Of a stretch of 64,000 nt of DNA, positions 49,059 to 58,327 are shown one piece after another (within the stretch, counting starts at the first letter, position 1; every line of letters begins with the position of its first letter). The DNA is taken from the NCBI GenBank assembly GCA_965247705.1, contig CBDFHV010000067.1, positions 14,116 through 78,115 of the forward strand, given 5' to 3'. A program made the translations under genes and the position numbers. The notes under the pieces are model-generated. The model did not search any database. It was not told where the DNA came from and saw only the letters and a program-made list of their open reading frames with translations. The DNA is from Rhodospirillales bacterium (GTDB lineage: Bacteria > Pseudomonadota > Alphaproteobacteria > Rhodospirillales > CAMCUA01).

Positions 49059-49064
49059 TATAAT
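49059..49064 (+). promoter_or_regulatory. perfect TATAAT hexamer in divergent intergenic region (candidate -10 box)
   Basis: TATAAT read directly, 63 nt upstream of the SDR ATG. The -35 region is poor (TTCTCC). Confidence 0.3.
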
Positions 49065-49126
49065 CACACAGGGCTCCCGGGGCCGCAATGCGACGTCCCC
49101 ACCACCCAGACAGGACAAATATAACA

Positions 49127-49894
49127 ATGGACCTTCAGGACAAGGTGGCCGTCGTTACCGGCGGCGGCGCGGGCATCGGCGAGGCCATTGCCCGGCGTTT
49201 CGCCGCGGCCGGCGCGGCTGTCCTGGTCGCTGACGTGGACGGCGAGGGGGCCTCCCGGGTCGCCGCCGATATCGGCGGACGGGCGTTCACGGTCGACGTT
49301 GCCGACGAGGCCCAGGTGATCGCCCTGTTCGCGGACTGCGACGGGGCCTTCGGCGGTTTGGACGTACAAATGAACATCGCCGGCGTGGTGCCGCAGAAGA
49401 TCCCCGTGGAGGACCTGGACGCGGAATTCTGGGACCGGGTGATGGCGATCAATACCCGGGGCGTCATGCTGTGCATCAAGCACGCCGTGCCGGGGCTGCG
49501 CCGGCGGGGCGGCGGGTCCATCGTCAACATGAGCTCGTGCCTGGGCGTCCACGGCACCGCCGGCCACAGTCTCTATTGCGCCAGCAAGTTCGCTGTCCGG
49601 GGGATGACCGAATCGGCGGCCCTGGAACTGGGCGCCGACGGCATTCGGGTGAATTCCCTTTGCCCGGGCACCGTGGGCACCCCCAGTTGGCACGTGCGCA
49701 TGGCCGAACGGGCCCGGCGGGAGGGCAGGGACAAGGACGTCATGGTGCGCGAGGACTATGGCGCCCGCGCCGCCCTGGGACGCATTCTCACTCCCGAGGA
49801 GGTGGCCGAGTCGGCTTTGTTCCTGGCCAGCCACGAATCGGCCGCTATCACGGGGTATCATTTGGCGGTGGACGCTGGTCGCCCGGTATTCTGA
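49127..49894 (+). CDS. short-chain dehydrogenase/reductase (SDR)
   Basis: VAVVTGGGAGIGEAIA cofactor motif and the YCASKFA YxxxK motif. Confidence 0.85.
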   Translation: MDLQDKVAVVTGGGAGIGEAIARRFAAAGAAVLVADVDGEGASRVAADIGGRAFTVDVADEAQVIALFADCDGAFGGLDVQMNIAGVVPQKIPVEDLDAEFWDRVMAINTRGVMLCIKHAVPGLRRRGGGSIVNMSSCLGVHGTAGHSLYCASKFAVRGMTESAALELGADGIRVNSLCPGTVGTPSWHVRMAERARREGRDKDVMVREDYGARAALGRILTPEEVAESALFLASHESAAITGYHLAVDAGRPVF

Positions 49895-49949
49895 TCGCCC
49901 GCCGGCCGGCCCTAGAAATCGTGTGGCCGCAACAGAGGGAGTCGCAGGG

Positions 49950-50906
49950 ATGAAGTTCGGATTCATGCTGCCGACGCGAGGTCCGCTGGCGACGGCCGCG
50001 GGCATCGGCCAACTTGTGCGAGGGGGCGAGGCGCTCGGCTTCGACATCGTCGGCGTGTCCGATCACGTGATCTTCCCCCGTTCCATCGCCCCCCGCTATC
50101 CCTATTCCGAGACTGGCGTGTTCGCCGGGACCGCCACCGGCGACAGCCTGGAGCAGCTGTCCCTGCTGTCGTTCGTGGCTGGCCAGACCTCGCGGATCCG
50201 GCTGCTCACCTCGGTCATGGTGCTGCCCCACCGTCAGCCGGTGCTGGCGGCGAAGATGCTGGCGACGGTGGACGTGCTGTCCGGCGGGCGGGTCACGGTC
50301 GGCTGCGGCGCCGGTTGGATGCGCGAGGAGTTCGAGGTTCTCGGCGCGCCGCCCTTCGCGGACCGGGGCACCGTCGCCGACGACTGCATCCGCTGCTTTC
50401 GCGAGCTGTGGACGAGCGACGCGCCGTCCTTCGAGGGCGCCTACGTGCGTTTCGCCGACGTGTCCTTCCTGCCCAAGCCCCTGCAAAAGCCGTGTCCGCC
50501 GATCTGGATCGGCGGCGAGAGCCCCGCGGCCCTACGCCGGGCGGCGCGCCTCGGTGACGGCTGGTATCCCATCGGCAGCAACCCGAAAGTCCCCCTCGAC
50601 ACCCTGAAGCGCTACCGGGAGGCCGTCGCTCGCCTGCGGCGCTACGCCGAGGAGGCAGGCCGCGACCCGGCCGACATCGCGCTCGCTTACTTCAGCCTGG
50701 CCTGGCAGCCGACCGACGGCGGCGGAAACGGCGCGGAGCGGCCTCTTCTGGTGGGCTCGACGGATCAGATCGTCGGCGACATCGGCGCCCTCTCCGACCT
50801 CGGGGTGGGCCATTTGGTGCTCAGCTTTCACGAGGGTCCGCCCGAAGGCATGCTGGAGCGCATGGAGCGCTTCGCCGCCGACGTCCGGCCCCTGGTGGGC
50901 GCGTGA
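49950..50906 (+). CDS. LLM-class (luciferase-like) flavin-dependent oxidoreductase
   Basis: MKFGFMLPTRG start, VGVSDH, and RLLTSVMVLPHRQPVLAAK blocks. Confidence 0.8.
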   Translation: MKFGFMLPTRGPLATAAGIGQLVRGGEALGFDIVGVSDHVIFPRSIAPRYPYSETGVFAGTATGDSLEQLSLLSFVAGQTSRIRLLTSVMVLPHRQPVLAAKMLATVDVLSGGRVTVGCGAGWMREEFEVLGAPPFADRGTVADDCIRCFRELWTSDAPSFEGAYVRFADVSFLPKPLQKPCPPIWIGGESPAALRRAARLGDGWYPIGSNPKVPLDTLKRYREAVARLRRYAEEAGRDPADIALAYFSLAWQPTDGGGNGAERPLLVGSTDQIVGDIGALSDLGVGHLVLSFHEGPPEGMLERMERFAADVRPLVGA

Positions 50907-50976
50907 TGTTCGCATGCGGCCGGACGGAAATGTCATTGCACCGCGAGGACAAACGCCTCCCGGGCTGGCCCGGCCG

Positions 50977-51342
50977 TCAGGTTCTGGCCAGGGCTACTTC
51001 GCGCGCGACCGCGACCAGATCCAGGGCCCGGCGCGCCGACGCTTCGCCATCGGCGTTGCCGCGCACGCAGCGGGGGCGCATCCGGTCGATCTCGTCGAGA
51101 GCATCGAGGAAGGCGGGTCCCGCGGCGAGGCCGTAATACTGGCGCTCGAATTCGGTGACGAAGTAGGCATGGACGATGTCGTCATCCGGCGCGGTCAGGC
51201 CTTTCGTGTGAAAGGCCCAGTTGATCCAGTGGCTGACGGCCAGCATGGCGCCGTCGATGACCACCTCCCAGTCCGTGGGGCGCAGTTTGGCCAGCGAGCG
51301 TTCGAGCCGTTCCGCCTTCTCCCGATGACCTTCCGGCGTCAT
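50977..51342 (-). CDS. hypothetical all-alpha protein (paralog B of a coupled pair)
   Basis: ATGA overlap with the upstream paralog. Shares the HxEKxxRxE...L.P and ...R.P.VRG pattern with 51339..51794. Confidence 0.4.
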   Translation of the reverse strand: MTPEGHREKAERLERSLAKLRPTDWEVVIDGAMLAVSHWINWAFHTKGLTAPDDDIVHAYFVTEFERQYYGLAAGPAFLDALDEIDRMRPRCVRGNADGEASARRALDLVAVAREVALART

Positions 51343-51794
51343 GGGGCGGACTCGATGACGGGGGCGGTCACCCGCCGGCACGCTCCATAGGCCGCCTCGA
51401 CTCGGGCGACGACGTCGGCGCTCGGCCGCAGGGTGCCACGGACGCTGGGTTCGCGCATTTCCTCCAGCTCGACCACGGCGCGGCGCGCATCCTCAAGGGA
51501 CGACGGGAACAAGGTGGCCGCTTCGTCGCCCTCCACATGTTCCAGGTCGCCGCCGGTGTTGATGACCGCCTCGAAGTCGCCGCTCGCCGGATCGCGCCGG
51601 AAGAAGACGGGGGCATTGTGGGCAAAGCAGTCCTCGCCCCGGGTCACGCCGATGGCATGGAGGGCGGCGTTCACTGCGTGGATTGCGGCGAACAGGGTGG
51701 CGAAATACCACAGCTCGTAGTCTTCGATGGGGTCGAGGCGAGCCCGCGCCGCTTCGATGCGGGCTATCTTTTCCACGTGGTCGGCGATGACCAT
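51339..51794 (-). CDS. hypothetical all-alpha protein (paralog A)
   Basis: 151-aa ORF 23 nt downstream of the ABC ATPase gene. No family recognised. Confidence 0.4.
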   Translation of the reverse strand: MVIADHVEKIARIEAARARLDPIEDYELWYFATLFAAIHAVNAALHAIGVTRGEDCFAHNAPVFFRRDPASGDFEAVINTGGDLEHVEGDEAATLFPSSLEDARRAVVELEEMREPSVRGTLRPSADVVARVEAAYGACRRVTAPVIESAP

Positions 51795-51816
51795 GGATGT
51801 GTCCTCGCCAAAGATC

Positions 51817-52557
51817 CTAGTGGCGGAGGATCTTGCCGACGAATTCCTGGCAGCGTTCGGTTTGGGGACTGTCGAAGATCTGTTGCGGTGGCCCGACCTC
51901 GATCACCCGGCCCAGATCCATCATCACGACCTTGGACGAGATCTCTTTTACGAAGCTCATTTCGTGGGAGACGATCACCATCGTCATGCCGTCGGCGGCC
52001 AGCACTCGAATGGCGTCGAGCACCTCATTGACCAGTTCCGGGTCGAGGGCGGAGGTCACCTCGTCGAGGAGCAGTATCTCCGGATTCAGGGCAAGGGCGC
52101 GGGCGATGGCCACCCGTTGCTGCTGGCCGCCCGACAGTTCGTCCGGGTAGGCGTTGAACTTGTCGCCCAGGCCCACTTTCGCCAGCAACTGTTCGGCCTC
52201 CCGCTCCACTTCGGCCGGATTCCGCTTCTGGATCTTGACCGGCGCGATGGTGACGTTGCGCATGGCGCTCATGTTCTGAAACAGGTTGAACTGCTGAAAG
52301 ACGACGGCGAAGCGCGACCGGGCTGCCTTCACGTCGCCCTTGTTGCGGTAGTTCACGGTGCTGCCGTCCAGGCGCACCTCGCCCCCGATGGGCGGCAACA
52401 GGCCGACGAGCACCCGCAACAGGGTGCTCTTGCCGGAGCCCGATGGGCCGATGATGCTGATGATCTGGCCCTTTTCCACCTCCAGATCGACCTGCTCGAG
52501 GACATTGATCTTGCCGTCGTAGGTGGCGGTCAGATTGGCGATTTCCAGTTGGCTCAC
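51817..52557 (-). CDS. amino-acid ABC transporter ATP-binding protein
   Basis: GTG 52557 preceded by GGGAGA. Walker A GPSGSGKST, signature LSGGQQQRVAIARAL, Walker B LLLDEVTSALD. Confidence 0.9.
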   Translation of the reverse strand: MSQLEIANLTATYDGKINVLEQVDLEVEKGQIISIIGPSGSGKSTLLRVLVGLLPPIGGEVRLDGSTVNYRNKGDVKAARSRFAVVFQQFNLFQNMSAMRNVTIAPVKIQKRNPAEVEREAEQLLAKVGLGDKFNAYPDELSGGQQQRVAIARALALNPEILLLDEVTSALDPELVNEVLDAIRVLAADGMTMVIVSHEMSFVKEISSKVVMMDLGRVIEVGPPQQIFDSPQTERCQEFVGKILRH

Positions 52558-52610
52558 GATCGTGTCTCCCGAGTTCCTCGCCCTTGCGGGTTGTTCGATT
52601 GCGCGGCCGG

Positions 52611-53345
52611 TCAGCCACGCAGTCCGAGCACGGCGGCCTCGGCGGGTTGCTTGTCTTCCTCCGCCGGGCGCCTGTTCAGTCGCGCCTCCATCCACCATCC
52701 CAGGCGGGTCAGCGGATAGGACAGGATGAAATAGATCACCAGGATCGTCCCGTAGGAAAAGATGGCCGAATAGCCGTTGTTGTTGAAGTACTTGCCCGCC
52801 TGAGTCAGCTCCAGGACCCCGACCTGGGAGGTCAGCGAGGTATCCTTGATGAACATGACGAAGAAGGCGAAGGCCGGGGGCAGGATGACTTTCCACGCCT
52901 GGGGCAGGATGACGTAGCGGAAAGTCTGCAGGCGGCTGAAGTTCATCACCCAGGCCGCGTCCCACTGATTGTGATGGACCGACTCCAGGCCGGCGCGGAT
53001 GATTTCGCCCAGGAAGGCCGTCGATATGATGACGATGCTGATACAGGCCACTGCGAACAGGGTGAAATTGAAGCCCAAGCCCTTGGAGATGAACAGCACC
53101 AGGAACAGCAGCACCAGAAACGGCACCCGGCGAAAAAATTCGGTGTAGGTGATCATCAGAATGCGCAGCGGCATGAACGGCCACCCCGGGGTCAGCCGCA
53201 GGTAGACGAGCAGGAAGCCGCTGATGAGTCCCAGTCCGATGCCGATGATGGTCATGTTCATCGTGGTGACCGCGGCCCAGAACAAGTAGCCCCAGTTTTC
53301 CCACGTCATGAATCGGGGGATCTGCTCGATGAAAGTATCGAACAT
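52611..53345 (-). CDS. amino-acid ABC transporter permease
   Basis: Polytopic with His/Glu/Gln/Arg/opine-family permease blocks (FFRRVPFLVLLF, EIIRAGLESV). Confidence 0.85.
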   Translation of the reverse strand: MFDTFIEQIPRFMTWENWGYLFWAAVTTMNMTIIGIGLGLISGFLLVYLRLTPGWPFMPLRILMITYTEFFRRVPFLVLLFLVLFISKGLGFNFTLFAVACISIVIISTAFLGEIIRAGLESVHHNQWDAAWVMNFSRLQTFRYVILPQAWKVILPPAFAFFVMFIKDTSLTSQVGVLELTQAGKYFNNNGYSAIFSYGTILVIYFILSYPLTRLGWWMEARLNRRPAEEDKQPAEAAVLGLRG

Positions 53346-54019
53346 CAGAACACCTTCGCCTTGACCCGAAAGACGGCGCGCCCGATGAACGCCAGCAAGG
53401 CGCTCGCGGTGATGGTGATCAACACGTAGCCGAAAGCTGCGATGATGTAGATCTCGATCGACCGGAAGGTGTCGGAGGCGACGTTGAAGGCGCGCCCCGT
53501 CAGTTCCTCGACCCCGAAGATGCTGGCGATGGCCGTACCCAGGATCATCCAGATGTACCAGTTCGACAGGGGCGCATAGAGCACCTTGGCGATGTGGGGG
53601 ATGATCACGTAGCGCAGGCTTTGCAACAGGTTGAAGCCCATGGCCGCGGCCGCCTCCATCTCATAGACCCTGACCGAGGCGAAGCCGCCGCGCATGATCT
53701 CGGTGATGTAGGCGCCCGAATTCAGGGCCATGTTCAGCAGGATCGTCTGATAGGGGGTCAACACGATGCCGAACTCGGGCAGGCCGAAAAAAATGAAAAA
53801 TGCCGTTACCAGACCCGGCGTGTTGGTAAAGAACACCACGTACCAGTTGACGATCCTGACCAGCCAGTTGGGCCCGTAGCTCTTGGCCATGGCTCCGAAC
53901 AGGCCGATGGTGCATCCGCACCAGAAACCGAAAAAGGACAGGTGGAGCGTGATCCATGCGCCCCCCATGAGGTAGGGCACCTCGCGGAACGCTTCTCCCC
54001 ATTGAAACGTATAGGCCAT
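53345..54019 (-). CDS. amino-acid ABC transporter permease
   Basis: Same family (FFTNTPGLV, ITEIMRGGFASV). 1-nt stop/start overlap with the next permease gene. Confidence 0.85.
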   Translation of the reverse strand: MAYTFQWGEAFREVPYLMGGAWITLHLSFFGFWCGCTIGLFGAMAKSYGPNWLVRIVNWYVVFFTNTPGLVTAFFIFFGLPEFGIVLTPYQTILLNMALNSGAYITEIMRGGFASVRVYEMEAAAAMGFNLLQSLRYVIIPHIAKVLYAPLSNWYIWMILGTAIASIFGVEELTGRAFNVASDTFRSIEIYIIAAFGYVLITITASALLAFIGRAVFRVKAKVF

Positions 54020-54126
54020 GCCTTACCGGCGCCCTGTCGGCACCGACCCTGAATCGAGTGCGCGCAACGGAAAACGAAGCAGGGCCGTCCGTGCCAAAAT
54101 GGCCGGACGGCCCTGCCTGGAAGCGC

Positions 54127-54957
54127 CTACCAGTAAGGCTGCGCCATTACCGACACGATCGGCGGGATACCGTAGTTCTTTTCCCAGATCTGATCGTGGA
54201 TACCGACGTTCTGGATTTCCCACAGGGCGGCATTGAGGAACGACGTCACGCTGTGATTTCCCTTGGCGACGCCGATGGCGCAATAGGCGGTCTTGATGAC
54301 TTCCGGCAGGATCACCCAGTTGACGTTGGGGTAGTTCTGCATCAGCACCGGATAGAAGTCCAAGTTGGCCACCAGACCGTCGGTCCGGCCCTGGGCGACC
54401 GAGCGCACCATGTCCGCGGGGCCTTCATGGAATTGGATCTTGGACTTGGGCAGGTTGTCCTTCACCCATTGCGCCGGAGTACAGCCGCGGCATTCGGAAA
54501 AGGTCAGGTCATCCCGATTCAGTTCCTTCCAAGAGGTCGGCTCCTTGCCCAGCTTGGCCTTGATCTTGTCGGTCAGCAGCACCGCCATGTTTTCGGTGTG
54601 CAAGGGCACGGTGAAGTCGATCACCTTCATGCGACGCGAATTCCGGGTCAGGGCGCCCAATGAAATATCGATGATGCCCGAGACGACCGACGGCACGCGG
54701 GCTGGTACCTCGGTGGCGATGAAATTGGCCTTTACGCCCAGCTTTTCAGCCAGAAGGTTGCCAATGTCGATGTCGAAACCTTCCCATTCGCCCTTGGTAT
54801 TGCGCGAACTGAGGGGCGGCAGGTTGGGGTTGACGCCGATATTCATGACCCCCGCCTTGATAATCTCGTCCAAGGTGCGGGCATCGCCGGAAACCGGTGT
54901 CATCAGCAGGGCCGCGGCGACAATCGCGGCCCCAGTGTTTAGAACGGACTTTAGCAT
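54127..54957 (-). CDS. amino-acid ABC transporter substrate-binding protein
   Basis: Signal peptide after ATG 54957, then GFDIDIGNLLAEKLG and SBP_bac_3-like blocks. Confidence 0.85.
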   Translation of the reverse strand: MLKSVLNTGAAIVAAALLMTPVSGDARTLDEIIKAGVMNIGVNPNLPPLSSRNTKGEWEGFDIDIGNLLAEKLGVKANFIATEVPARVPSVVSGIIDISLGALTRNSRRMKVIDFTVPLHTENMAVLLTDKIKAKLGKEPTSWKELNRDDLTFSECRGCTPAQWVKDNLPKSKIQFHEGPADMVRSVAQGRTDGLVANLDFYPVLMQNYPNVNWVILPEVIKTAYCAIGVAKGNHSVTSFLNAALWEIQNVGIHDQIWEKNYGIPPIVSVMAQPYW

Positions 54958-55152
54958 GTCTTTCGACCTCCCGTCGGTATGCTGCAGGGTTCCCGCCCGT
55001 GGTATCGGGCTCCTCAAGGGGTCTCTGGAGGGGACTTTCTTTCAGGCGGGGCAAAGGAGCCGTTAGGCGCCACAATCGACCATCGGACCGCCATTTTGTC
55101 AAGTCGCCCGCCGACCCACGACGCCAATTAGGTGCAAGCGTAAGGACCAAGC

Positions 55153-56286
55153 ATGCGAATCGAACGCCTCAGCGTGTACGCGCTGGAGAAAACACTGGAC
55201 GGCAGCGTCTACAATCCGCTTACGCGCTGGACCCGCAAGACCGCCGTGATCGTCCGGGTGCACGCCGAAGACGGTGCGCGGGGCCTTGGGGAATGCTGGC
55301 TGTATGGGACCGAGCCGGATTCCCTTGTCGCCCACCTCAAGGCCGACATCGGTCCGCGGCTGATCGGGCGCGACGCCTTCGCCACCGAAGGCCTGTGGGA
55401 CGACATCTGGGCGGATACGGTCCTCAGCGCCCGTTGGGGCCTGACCGCGTGCGCCCTCAGCGGTGTGGACATGGCGTTGTGGGACTTGAAGGCGCGGGTC
55501 CTGGGACTGCCCCTCTATCGGCTTCTGGGGGCCGCCCGCGAAAGGGTGCCGGTCTACGCCAGCGGCGGTCTCTATGGCGACGACAAGGGGGTCGACGAAC
55601 TGGCCGAAGAGATGACCGGCTATACGGCGCGCGGATTTCGCGCCGTGAAGATGAAAGTGGGGGCTCTCTCCCTGGATGAAGACGCCTCCCGCGTCCAGGC
55701 GGTCCGCGAGGCCATCGGACGCGAAACCCGCCTGATGGTCGACGCGGTCTATACCCAATCGGTACGGCAAGCCCGGCGCCTGGCCGCGCGGCTGGCGCCC
55801 CTGGACATCCACTGGCTGCAGGCGCCGGTGTGGGCCACCGACGTCGACGGCATGGCGCGGGTAAACCGGGACGGGCTCGTTCCCGTGGCCGGCGTCGAGG
55901 CCGAATGCCGGCCCGAGGCCTTTCGGCGGCTGATCACGGAAGGCGCCGTGTCCTATCTGCAATGTGCCGTCACCGCCTGCGGCGGCATTACCCGGGCACT
56001 GCGCTTGATCGATCTCGCCGCGGCTTGGCACCTGCCCTCAACGCTTCAATGCGCGTCGACGGCCATTGCCACGGCGGCAAGCCTCCATCTGGCGGCCGCC
56101 CGGCGGGGCGTGGAGTCGGTCGAAGTCCACATGTTCCACCGCCTGCTCAACGCGCATCTGCCGGACGGAACCCTGGCCCCCGTCGACGGCGCGCTGGCGC
56201 CGCCGCCGGGGGCCGGACTGGGCCTGGACGTCCCGGACTCCGCGCTGACTGCCGTGTGTCGGGTGGGCGGCGGGACGGCGGCGTGA
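55153..56286 (+). CDS. enolase-superfamily enzyme (mandelate racemase/muconate lactonizing family)
   Basis: N-terminal capping domain, FRAVKMKVG, and MVDAVYT/ WLQAP metal-ligand-region blocks. Confidence 0.8.
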   Translation: MRIERLSVYALEKTLDGSVYNPLTRWTRKTAVIVRVHAEDGARGLGECWLYGTEPDSLVAHLKADIGPRLIGRDAFATEGLWDDIWADTVLSARWGLTACALSGVDMALWDLKARVLGLPLYRLLGAARERVPVYASGGLYGDDKGVDELAEEMTGYTARGFRAVKMKVGALSLDEDASRVQAVREAIGRETRLMVDAVYTQSVRQARRLAARLAPLDIHWLQAPVWATDVDGMARVNRDGLVPVAGVEAECRPEAFRRLITEGAVSYLQCAVTACGGITRALRLIDLAAAWHLPSTLQCASTAIATAASLHLAAARRGVESVEVHMFHRLLNAHLPDGTLAPVDGALAPPPGAGLGLDVPDSALTAVCRVGGGTAA

Positions 56287-56690
56287 AACCAACGCGTATC
56301 CCTGTCCTGTTGGTGACAATCGTCGCCGTCCTCGGACTGCTGGGCTGGCTGCAGTTCGCAGCGATGCCGGAGCCGCGCCAGGCGGACACCTCGAAACAAG
56401 GTGATAAGGGCGAGCCGGACCTGGAGGCCTTGGATGTCCTGCTGCTCTACTACGCCCAAGGCATTGCGCGCGTATCAGGCAGATTTCTCGACCAGGGCCT
56501 CGTCGACGAGGCCGAGGTCCTGATCCGGCGGGTGGTCAGGATCCGCGAAGCGACCCTGGGGCCCCAACACCCGGAGACGGCCGAAGCCCTGGATCTCTCG
56601 GCCCGCCTGGCCCGGGCGCAGGGCCACATCGAGGCGGCGGAACGGCTGGAAACGCGGGCAGCGGCAATTCGCGCCGCCGCCCGGCAATAG
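56283..56690 (+). CDS. membrane-anchored TPR-like small protein
   Basis: GTGA overlap with the upstream gene. One TM helix (IPVLLVTIVAVLGLLGWL), then a TPR_10/12-like helix pair (REATLGPQHPETAEALDLSARLARAQG). Confidence 0.45.
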   Translation: MKPTRIPVLLVTIVAVLGLLGWLQFAAMPEPRQADTSKQGDKGEPDLEALDVLLLYYAQGIARVSGRFLDQGLVDEAEVLIRRVVRIREATLGPQHPETAEALDLSARLARAQGHIEAAERLETRAAAIRAAARQ

Positions 56691-56708
56691 GCAGGTTCTC
56701 GGCCGGGT

Positions 56709-57053
56709 CTATTTGAAGTCCCGACAGCGCTGGGAGTAATAAGAACGGGCTTCCAGGCCGTAGTACCCCTGGCCCTTGAACTTCCCTTCCTTCTGCATCC
56801 CGTTGGAGACCTCGAAAACTTTCTTGTGAATGGCCTTCAAATCGTTCTTGCAGACATGGGCGATATCGCCGCCGATGGCCATATTCGTGGCTTCCACCAC
56901 CTGTTTGGCGTCGCCGGAGAGTTTCTGATAGCGCGGGTTGTCGTCCGCCGCCGCCCATACCGGCGTCAACAGGCTTGTAGCGACCAGGATGGCGGCTGCG
57001 GCAAGTAAGGTGTGAAAGGGGCCTTCGAGGCGAATTGGCCGATTATGGTGCAT
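56709..57053 (-). CDS. hypothetical small secreted protein
   Basis: Signal peptide LLAAAAILVATSLLTPVWA after ATG 57053. Mature part of about 85 aa with two Cys. Confidence 0.35.
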   Translation of the reverse strand: MHHNRPIRLEGPFHTLLAAAAILVATSLLTPVWAAADDNPRYQKLSGDAKQVVEATNMAIGGDIAHVCKNDLKAIHKKVFEVSNGMQKEGKFKGQGYYGLEARSYYSQRCRDFK

Positions 57054-57148
57054 GCTGCGTTCTCCCTGGTTCATTGCTGGGCGGGGGCACTTTACCATCG
57101 TCTTGACCGGGGCGGGAGTCTGGCGGCCCCGTGGAAAAGGATAGGCCG

Positions 57149-58294
57149 ATGAAAATCGTCGACCTGGAGACCTGGATCGTCAGCGTTCCGTTCAAGGATC
57201 CGTCCTGGGGTAGCGGCCGGGGCGGCACCACGGAAGTGATTGTCCGCTTGACCACCGACGACGGCCTCATCGGCTGGGGCGAGAGCGCCGGCCAACTGGG
57301 CGGCGGTACCGCCATCGAGGCCATGGTGCGCCATGCCGCGCCGCTGGTTCTCGGCCGCAATCCCTGGGAGAAGGCGGCCATCGCCCGGGACTTCTTCCGC
57401 CGCGGCACGCCCCATCGCTGGACACGGCTGGCCCCCTTCGCCTTCGCCGGCATCGACCAGGCCCTGTGGGACCTGTGCGGCAAGGCCACCGGCCAGCCGG
57501 TCCATCGGTTGCTGGGCGGCGCCCTCAGCGATGCCGTGGACCACTGCTTCCACGTCGCACCGGGAGAGCCCGACGCAGTGGCGGCACGGGCCGCGTTGGG
57601 CGTCGAGGCCGGCTACCACACCTTCTACCTCGGCTGCGGTCACGATGACGCCCGCGACCACGGGGCCCTGGCGGCCCTGCGCCAGACCATCGGCCCCGAC
57701 CGGCCGATCCGCCTGGATGCCAACGAACGGTGGACGGTGAATCGGGCGGTGCGCAACCTCAACGCCTGGGACCTGGAATTCGGCATCGCCTACTGCGAGG
57801 CGCCGGTCCCCCACGACCTGCCCGAGGGCTTGGGCGAGGTGCGCGCCCGGGTGCCCTGCGCCATCGGCGCCAACGAATGCCTGGACAGCGAGGCGGCGGT
57901 GCTGACCCTGCTTCGCGGCCGGGCGGCCGACGTCTATTGCTTCGCGCCCTATTGGGTGGGCACGCTGCAGCGCTTCGTCAACCTCGCCCACCTGATCGAC
58001 CTGGAAGGGTTGCAAGTGACCAAGCACACCTATGGGGAGCTGGGGATCGGCGCCGCCGCGAGCCACCAGGCGGCGCTTTGCGTGCCCAACCTGCTCGACG
58101 GCAACCAGCAACTGGCCTTCGACTTCGCCGACGATCTGCTGACCGAACCCCTGCCCATCGCCTCCGGCCCTCGCTGGCCCCGCGGCGACGCCCCCGGCCT
58201 GGGCATCGAGGTGGACGAGGACCGGCTCAGGCGCTATCACGAGGTCTACCTGAGGAACGGCGCGTTCCTGCTACCCGAATATCGCGGCGCCTGA
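57149..58294 (+). CDS. enolase-superfamily enzyme (mandelate racemase/muconate lactonizing family)
   Basis: MKIVDLETWIVSVPF start, IRLDANERW, and the CEAPV metal-ligand region. Confidence 0.8.
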   Translation: MKIVDLETWIVSVPFKDPSWGSGRGGTTEVIVRLTTDDGLIGWGESAGQLGGGTAIEAMVRHAAPLVLGRNPWEKAAIARDFFRRGTPHRWTRLAPFAFAGIDQALWDLCGKATGQPVHRLLGGALSDAVDHCFHVAPGEPDAVAARAALGVEAGYHTFYLGCGHDDARDHGALAALRQTIGPDRPIRLDANERWTVNRAVRNLNAWDLEFGIAYCEAPVPHDLPEGLGEVRARVPCAIGANECLDSEAAVLTLLRGRAADVYCFAPYWVGTLQRFVNLAHLIDLEGLQVTKHTYGELGIGAAASHQAALCVPNLLDGNQQLAFDFADDLLTEPLPIASGPRWPRGDAPGLGIEVDEDRLRRYHEVYLRNGAFLLPEYRGA

Positions 58295-58327
58295 AAGCCC
58301 GCCCCCAATCCACACGGAGGACGATCC

